This document shows, one piece after another, positions 55,763 to 64,000 of a stretch of 64,000 nucleotides of DNA. This stretch comes from the human T2T-CHM13v2.0 reference genome, Homo sapiens. The DNA is taken from assembly GCF_009914755.1 (NCBI RefSeq), contig NC_060939.1, one strand, 5' to 3'. A model generated the notes under the pieces. That model worked only from the letters and a program-made list of their open reading frames with translations, ran no database searches and was not told the origin of the DNA. Position 1 is the first letter of the stretch. Every line of letters starts with the position of its first letter. A program made the translations under genes and the position numbers.

Positions 55763-57269
55763 AGTAGGGAGGAAGTGGAGGAGGATCACTGGTAGCCGTG
55801 TAAGTGGTGCTAAGTTTGGACAACTAGGCAGTTAAGCCAGTTATTCCTAGGGAGAAAAAGGAAATTAGAGTCTAACAAGCAATAATTGCTCAAAGCAATT
55901 GTAAAGGACTACACATGTAACTCCCTTGCCATCCACAGATAATGCAATTTAGACAATATAAAAGTTTAAAAGGTGTAATAATCACTGGTCTTTTGCCCTT
56001 GTTTACTTAAGAATCTGTCTGCTGAAAATTTTCCTGTTGCCCTTATTATATTTGCTTTGCAGCAGTGACGAATAATCTATCTTATTCTGTGGATAAAATC
56101 TCCACACTTCACGGAGATTTTTTTATTGTTGGAATTTAGTTGGATCTCATATTAAATAATGCATAAACATTGCGTTATCCAATCTTATCTCTTTTTCTTT
56201 GGTCCTGCTTGCTAACTAAATTCTCCCCCTTTAAAAAACATTCTTTATATGCTTGATATCTCTCCTCCTCTTTGCTACTTTTTCCTTCAGTACCATAAAC
56301 ATAATTGTTGCACCATGGTGCTCTTGCTAGAAATAGGCTGGAATTCCTGTAAGCTCCACTTGATCAAGACAGCTCCCCTGTTGATTTTGTGGTATGGCAG
56401 GTGTGATTTTTCCCTGCCCAAGTGACACCACCAAATACTGTTAACTTAAGTGGACCTGTTTTGGCCATGAGGAGATGGGTTATCTTTCTGAATTAGCTAA
56501 GAGGTTGATTTCAGATGTCAGGGTGCTGCCCTTGTAAAGGTTTAGTGTACACGTACAGAGTCACCAAAAAGGGCCTCTGTGGTTCTTACTTTTGCACATT
56601 TCTGAGAATGGGGTGAATGATTCACATTTACATGGAGGATATTCCCAGCTATTAAGCCAGCCAGGGGAAATATCTATAAGTCAATCACAAAATAGCTAAG
56701 GTGTTCTCATAGACTTTGGTTCCCATCATAATAAAATTACAAATTTAGTAAATTGCAAAAAGAGGCACTAAAGTGATGACACCATATTTCAATAGTCTGT
56801 CTGATGCTCTTCTAGGCTCTGTGTTAACCAAAGAGTCCGGTAGGCCTCACACTTTGGCCCAGTGAGCCCTGGTTGTTCAGTTGAAAAGCGGTTGGATAAT
56901 CACTAACATTCTGGGATCATGACTTACTAACCCGGGAGTCGAGTAGTCATGAATTGAAGCATAGGACATCTGTGAGGCAGAAGCAAGGGCCTCTACAAAG
57001 ACAAGTTACACTGATACACACATTCACATACACACCTTAGATCAAAGAAGAGCCACTGATCAGTGCCTGAGCGGCTGATTGGACTTGGGACTTTTCTACA
57101 CATTGCAACTTGAAAACTTGCTCTCCAGTGACCCAGGGAAAAACTATTCTCGTTACCTTGTGCAGATAACTAATTGGAAGTTGAGCACCTCTCAGGAGTT
57201 CCAATACTTTTTACAGAAAGAATTGGTGTTAAGCTATAATTCTTGAACTGAAGATTTATTGTAACTGAG

Positions 57270-57753
57270 AAACTGCTTGCCGAAGTTTAATTTACCCCTC
57301 TATTTGCTAGGACTTGTTGGCTTGACACACACTGTACCATAAAGGCAACTAAACACACACTGCTCTTAATGGTGGCACAGACCCCTGTAAGAGACATTTC
57401 AGAATATTGGCCACTATTTTGATAATTCTGCCTAAAACCTCATTAAATTGAGATCAGCAAGTAACTCTAAATGAAGAGACATATAACCCATTTTGTTGTA
57501 ATATAAAGCTCATTTATCCTGACTTTCCAGTGGTTTCCAGAGTTCAATACTGACAGTGTTCATACACTAAGAGAAAATGAAAGTAAAGCAAATAAGGAAT
57601 ATTTAGAATAAGTAAGCATGCATGTCCTTAATACAAAGTTGACTTCACTTTAATTAGAGTTCAAAGCTGTAAGGCTGAAAATATGTATTTTTAAGGTAAC
57701 TTTTTATTCCTTTAGATAAAATTGTCTCAATCCTATGATTTTATAACATTGTT
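57270..57753 (+). repeat. Local direct duplication, copy B (partner 55188-55665)
   Basis: Same alignment as copy A; offset 2082 bp. Confidence 0.98.
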
Positions 57754-58149
57754 GACACAGTGAATGGTACAGATTGGGTTATGTTCCTTATCACCTTCTA
57801 ACTCTATTAAGAATGCTACTTGCCCTTTTACCTAAAAAATTATAATATTTCTGAAACTGTGCTAAATGTATAGATTTTTCAATCGTAGTTGTTTGTTCAC
57901 TGTGTGTATCGTGTACTTCCCCTGAGTGGACACATCTCATTGTGACAATCTCTCATTTTTATTCTCTCAGTATTGTGGTCTTTTTAATCCTGTGTCCTTC
58001 TGATTGAGTCTGTGGACACAAATTTCATAAGGTCAACTGTTTTATGACACACAAGATCATATTAGACCCCAGTATACTGGCCACCAATATACTGAAGGCT
58101 GCCCATCCCACATCTAACCTGCTTTCATTCTCTTTCTGCTGTGTCTGCT

Positions 58150-58640
58150 TTTATCTCTGTTCTTTTCTTCATGATCAATCTTGAAAGAGTCATCTGCATT
58201 CAGGGTCCCTACTTCCTCATGTCTCTGAGTCTGTCTCCACCTCCATCTCTGGGGTGTAACTGCTCTGATAGTACCTCCTAGTTGTCAGACCCTGCAGAGA
58301 TGTCTTGCTCCTTATCCTTTTTGACCACTCTCCTCTCTCTGACCCTTCAAACCCACTCTTGACTTCTGTGATACCACTCTTTCCTGATTCTCTTTCCACC
58401 CTGTTGATGCCTGTCTGCCGGCATAATCATCTTTGCTTGTTCCTTCTCCTCCACCTGCCCCTTACATTCTTGGCCTCATGTTTCCATCCTCACACCCCTG
58501 GTCTCCTTACTCCTCCAACAGTCTTGTCTAGGTACCTGTCTTCGCATCATTTCCAGACGTGTGTCATCAGATTCAATCTTTGTTTTGTTTTTATTTTTGT
58601 TTTTTATTTCCAGATTTATTCTTTTAACTGGCTACTGCAC
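58150..58640 (+). mobile_element. L2 fragment
   Basis: Pyrimidine-rich L2-like sequence (ttgaccactctcct ... gacttctgtgataccactct.tcctgattctc). Confidence 0.55.
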
Positions 58641-59318
58641 TGATTTTCAAACTGAGTTCTAGGGAAGCCCTGAAGTACCAGGCATGGATGCCTCTATTTT
58701 TGTCTCTGCCCTGGTTCTTACCCATACATGCTTCTCCATCTTATATCCTTCTTCTCATCCTTCAAAACCAAATAGAAATTTCACCTTTTTAGTTAAATAA
58801 GCCACCTCCATCACTACCATTGAAATGTGGTAGCTTTTCAAGCATTTCGGTGTAATATTAGTAGCTGTGCTCTCATACTCTTAACCCACACTTTCATTTG
58901 CATTAGCAAGGATACTGTAATAATAAGAATGATGCAAAGTTAGAAGGACTACTTTTCTAGCCCTTTAAAATCAATAGTCACTTGTATACAGTTTATTCAG
59001 TCTTTTGTTATTTGAATATACTATCTCTCATTGTATCCAGAACTGTCTTAAGATTATAGTGAATATACATAACTCCCCAAAATCTATTTGGTTAACTAAT
59101 ACCAAATAAGTTGTTCTTATAGCACTATTGTGATAATACATATACTTTTATATCTTCTTAGTATTAATTCTGAAAATTAGATTTTAATCGTACTATAGAG
59201 ATAGTCTATTCTGTCACTTAAGGACTGATTTCTGTTTGTTTGAAAAATGTCCTTTTGTTTTAATTTCATTCCCAATATATAGCCATAGGAATCATAGCAA
59301 AGACCAAAGACTAGGTAA

Positions 59319-59435
59319 TATGTATCATATATTTAGATATGTATCACATATTTAATATGATAAATATGTATTAATATGTATCATATATTTAATGTGATAT
59401 TATTCATACTTTAAATGATGTTATTCATACTTTTT
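59319..59435. repeat. Degenerate AT-rich minisatellite
   Basis: tatgtatca(t/c)atattta-like unit three times, then tgat(a/g)ttattcatacttt twice. Confidence 0.75.
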
Positions 59436-59545
59436 AATAGAAATTGTACAACTCACAATTGTGAAATTGAACTAAGACCAATATATTTTCACTTACCTGG
59501 AAAGGTAAAATATTGCCTCACATTTAAAGAGCAATATAACGATAA

Positions 59546-59851
<306 letters not shown>

Positions 59852-60460
59852 TAATTATATTTTTAAAAAAACAGATGAGCAGTTTGAACTCAGGCATAAT
59901 GTTTTAATTTTTTTGAAGCTCTAATTAGTACATCCTGACAGATAAAAATTAATGTTACCTTCAGAAGTTTTAGGATACCTGACCAAAAATAAAAAAACCC
60001 AATTTATATATTTTAAAGGTTTGTCTATGAATACGAAATAAAAAATAGCTTGTCAGAAGGTGAAGTCAGCAAAATGTGAAATATCTGAATATCTCAATTA
60101 GTTTCAAAACAAAATTATTACTTAAATATATTTTAATAATGCTTAGCAATTATATCAAATTTGTAGCATTTAAACACTCTGAATAATTATCATTTTTTTT
60201 ATTTCTGTTTACAAGATAAGATGCAAATTGTAAGGACTCATTTGATAAATGTGATAGGGTTTATAGGGTAAAATGGTTCACCAAAACTTTCCAGGGTTCC
60301 TTAGTAAACTCTGAACAAGAAATCAGAAGACCTTCATCCTAATAACTCCAGTATCTTGCCAATAAGTCTCCAGGAAGTCACTTAGTTTCTCTGAATACTT
60401 CATCCTCCTAAATAACAGACTCGCATTTTCTAGAAAGCATAAAGTACCATACAAGCATAA

Positions 60461-60635
60461 ATTGGAAGAATTGTGTTGGTCCACACATAAAATACACTAA
60501 CACTAATAATAGCTGATGAGCTTTAAAAACAATCACAAAAAAATCTCATAATGTTTTAAGAAAGTTTACGAATTTGTGTTGGGCTGCATTCAAAGCCATC
60601 CTGGGTCACATGCAGTCTGTGGGTTGGACAAGCTT
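60461..60635. mobile_element. MER30 (hAT-Charlie), one end missing
   Basis: ccacacataaaatacactaacactaa ... agctgatgagc ... ctcataatgttttaagaaagtttacgaatttgtgttggg ... ggttggacaagcttg. Confidence 0.92.
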
Positions 60636-60984
60636 GCTCTAGACTGACTGTCCCTAGTGCTTCCATTCCCTGCATGATTACTGTCATTTAACTTTGGGTA
60701 ATTTATGTACATTTGTCCAAAAAACTGACATCCGCCACTCACACATGCAAGTTGAGGAGTTCCAAAATTGCAGACCATTTTCTTGAGCTAATTATGTTCA
60801 ATCCTTTAGAGTAAACAAATTTAGAAACATTTTAAATAAAGTTTAATCAGATTATGGTAAACACTTTGGAAAAGAAGGTGGGCATTGAGTCAATATATAT
60901 ACTCTAAATCTTCTGCGACCTTCCTAGTTTTTCAAGATGTATATTTTGTTAAAAACTTAATGGGTGAAGGAAGTCTGAAAAAAA

Positions 60985-61110
60985 GGTTGGTCAACAGGTA
61001 CAAAGTTACCATGACATAGGAGGAATAATTTCTGGTGTTCTGTTGCACATTAGGGAGACAGTGGTTAACAGTAAGGTATACTTATTACAAAATAGCTAGA
61101 AGAGAGGCTT
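60985..61110 (+). mobile_element. L1MA 3' UTR fragment
   Basis: ttggtcaacaggtacaaagtt ... ataggaggaataa ... aaaatagctagaagagagg. Confidence 0.75.
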
Positions 61111-61883
61111 AAGACAAAGTCCAGACATCACACCGTGAGTCTCAAAGGCTTCCTCTTAAAATTATGCCCCACACATGATGTCCTTCCTCCTCATGAAAGT
61201 TATTATTTCCATCCTCTTCTGAAATGTCTGTTCTTGTGCTGGAAGGTTTGAGAGCAGCAACTGACTATCTAAAGGCATTAAAGTAAAGAATCTTCAAAAT
61301 TGACATGGGGCTAGTGAGGCCTACCAAAGTCAGTCCTAGAAACCATTGAGTAATCTTGGTGAGATAAAAGAATTCGCCTTTCAAATGGTGGCTGTTGGTC
61401 TGTTTCAGTAAAACTAATGCTTGGTCCATAAATAAGCCTAAAGGGTGTTATAAATGTTGGGAGCTGTGGGTGATTGATCTACGTTGGGTATATCATGAAA
61501 ATAGACTGAAGCCACAAGGGTTGCTTCCCTGTGGAAATCCTGGTGGTAAATTGCCATATGTGTCCCCGTTATGGACCTAGGTGATCTGATTGTGGATATA
61601 ACAACTTTACAGACTGGACTTTTGGTCTCTTGAGATCTCCAGTGTCTTTCTGTGAAGTCTAATAAATAAAATAGCACCTTGCTTTTCAGCCTCAAGCACA
61701 GAACTTGGCAGGGAATTGGAACTGTTGCCAGCAATCTTTCCCAGCTCTAAACTCTAAATGCACCTTTTCCAGAGTTGTTACTGTTCAGAAGTCTGGCTAG
61801 AACTGGATTTGTGTTAACCTAAAAGGTAAGGAAGGTACGCCAGTGTTGCAATATTGCATATCATCACAAAGGTTGAGGTGACC

Positions 61884-62145
61884 CAAACATACTGTTAGAC
61901 TAAAGGTACAAGTTTTGTTGTTCAGCAGCAGAGTAGAGTGACTATAGTTAACAACAATGTATTGTATATTTTAACGTAGCTAGAAAAGAGGGCCTTAATT
62001 GTTCCCAACGCATAGAAATAAATACTTGAGATGATAGATACCCTAAATTCCCTGACTTGATTATTACACATTCTACGCATGTAACAAAATATCACATGTA
62101 CCCCATAAATGTCTAAAATATTATGTATCAATTTTAAAAAATATT
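61884..62145 (+). mobile_element. 5'-truncated L1MA (L1MA3-5-like) 3' end with intact TSD
   Basis: gtgactatagttaacaacaatgtattgtatatt ... ccctgacttgattattacacat ... cacatgtaccccataaat; TSD aaaggttgag(g/a)tgacc. Confidence 0.9.
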
Positions 62146-62324
62146 AAAGGTTGAGATGACCAATTTAAACTAAAAGGGAAAAGTTCCAGTTCATTTTCCT
62201 CTAAAAATATTCCAGCAAATTCCCTGGGAGAAAAAACATAAAGCATGAAAAGCAGTTAACTTTAACTTTTCTCTGAGTGTGCCAGTCAGCACCAATGGCT
62301 CTCTTTCTTGTTTTAAAACAACAA

Positions 62325-62538
62325 CAACTTTAGGTTCGGGGATCTATGTGCAGGCTTGTTATATAGGTATGCTTTTGTCACAGGAGTTTGTTGTACAGAT
62401 TACTTCATCACACAGGTACTAAGCCTAGTACCCAATAGTTATTTTTTCTGATCCTCTCCCTCCTCCCACTGTCCACCCTCGAGTAGGTCCCAGCGTCTGT
62501 TGTTCTCCTCTTTGTGTCCTTGAGTTCTTATCATTTAC
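62325..62538 (-). mobile_element. Old L1PA (L1PA15/16-like) 3' end
   Basis: tgtgcaggcttgttatataggt ... caggtactaagcctagtacccaatagttattttttctgatcctctccctcctcccac. Confidence 0.88.
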
Positions 62539-62734
62539 AATGGCCCTCTTTCTTGAGGAAGTAGGAAAGCTCCTCAAATGAACAAAGGCAAATGAATCAG
62601 TAAAGCAAACAATAGCAGTATTTTCAAATCATTCAGCCCATCTTACATATGCCATAAGGTTTGACATCTAAACTAGACCTACACAAAATAGCTATGCAAA
62701 GATACTCTGCCTGACTTTTCTCTGTATTATTTGG

Positions 62735-62880
62735 CTATTTAACAAATATTTATTCAATGTCTACTGTGTGCCATTAACCACTAAATGCCAGGTAATAATG
62801 AAGTCGACAAGACACTTGCCTGCATAGCACAAACTATCTAGTGGAGGAGATAAACATTAAATGCAAATAAATATATAATT
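62735..62880 (-). mobile_element. L2 3' fragment
   Basis: tttaacaaatatttattcaatgtctactgtgtgcca ... tctagtggaggaga. Confidence 0.6.
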
Positions 62881-64000
62881 GTAACATCTTTAAACTTATA
62901 GTTTGGCAACAACAGAAGAGTCTTTTTACCATTTTGTTTCTGAACTCCTTAGAATCATAAATCTTCTAAGTCTACATAAAGGCCATAAATTCATATGGAT
63001 TTTATTATACCATATATCTGTAGAGGCATAAGTATCTCATTAAAAATAAATTTAAAACCTAGTTATTGTTTATGGAAGACATTGGACATAATATTAGGAA
63101 TCATTGTTATTTAGTATCTAGTATTGAATGAGTATTTGGACTCAACCGGTTCTCATAGCTAGTTAGGCATATTTATCCTCCTGTTTCCTTCAACAAGTGT
63201 TTCTTTTAAAAGTGATCATCAATGTGTTTTTGCAGTGGTCCTTTCTATAATGGAGTTGGGTGAGGTTTTCTCTGCATTTGGTGTATTATATTTTACTAGG
63301 CTGACAGGTACTACACCTACATCAATAACTTCACACAAAGTAGGGCCTTTTGTAACCATGAGATGCTCACAGAGTACTTCAAATATTATCTTGCATTGGC
63401 CTTAGCCTGGTCTGTTAGTTCAGGCCCTAAAAATAAACACATATTAATCAGCTAATGGCAGCACGCGCAGACCAGCACGCAGGGACCTCAGTCTAACCTC
63501 ATGCAATAGCTTGTCTTATGTCACCCAGGATGAGGCAGTTTGCAGCCAGGAACGCCTCTAAAAGAAAGACCGTCACAAGCTTAACTAAATGTTTAAAATA
63601 ACCTTCTAACTCCTCTTCACATTGACAGATTGCTTTCAACTCAGTGAAATCAAACCGCAGCCCCAGCCCTGGTGGCTCTATGGGGCCATCTTAGAGCCAT
63701 AGAGTTTGTAAAGTAAAACTGCAGGTTGTCAGAGCATCGAAGTGTAGCTCTCTCTTGTCTTGTTTTTAATCAAAAAACAATCAGAAGGGAACTCACTCCT
63801 GGAAGTCCTTATCTCCATAAAATTCAGCTAATGACTCCTGTTAAGTTAAATAAAGTTTCTGTGTAACTCACTAAGGAAACTGTTAGCCGTTCACCTCGTG
63901 CCCGCAGACTTCTCAAAAAATACAAATCGGGGGAACCCTGTGGAGCTGGGCTGTGAATGTTTATATACACATACTTTGTCCCAATGACTCCGGAAAGTTG

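Noticed and set aside
55188-57753. Direct repeats read as LTRs of a 2.5-kb retroelement or as a CRISPR-like array
   Set aside because: No TG...CA termini, primer-binding site, polypurine tract or TSD, and only two units; CRISPR does not apply to this eukaryotic DNA.
63400-64000. Possible CpG island or promoter at the window end
   Set aside because: CpGs are only scattered and GC content is modest; no island or core-promoter architecture.

Overview
AT-rich, CpG-depleted primate (most likely human) non-coding DNA, either intergenic or deep in a long intron. I cannot name the locus. I found no credible protein-coding exon, RNA gene or CpG island, and the ORF track is explained by Alu/L1/L2/LTR remnants and chance ORFs. 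The window holds 14 Alu elements or fragments (AluJ/AluS types), several truncated L1s, L2 and MIR relics, four solo LTRs (MLT1B-like, MSTA/THE1-like, MLT1J-like, MLT2) and DNA transposons (MER44, MER46C, MER3, MER5, MER30). Two things are not explained by repeats. First, there are three independent short local duplications of apparently unique DNA: tandem at 6.8-7.3 kb, dispersed at 31.8/35.7 kb and dispersed at 55.2/57.3 kb. For two of them the donor copy can be inferred from interrupted ancient repeats. Second, repeat-poor blocks dense in TGACA(G) (MEIS/TALE), PBX-HOX and TAAT motifs suggest a developmental enhancer landscape. No new biological system is demonstrated; these are candidates. 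Repeat subfamilies were called by eye and old-element boundaries are approximate.
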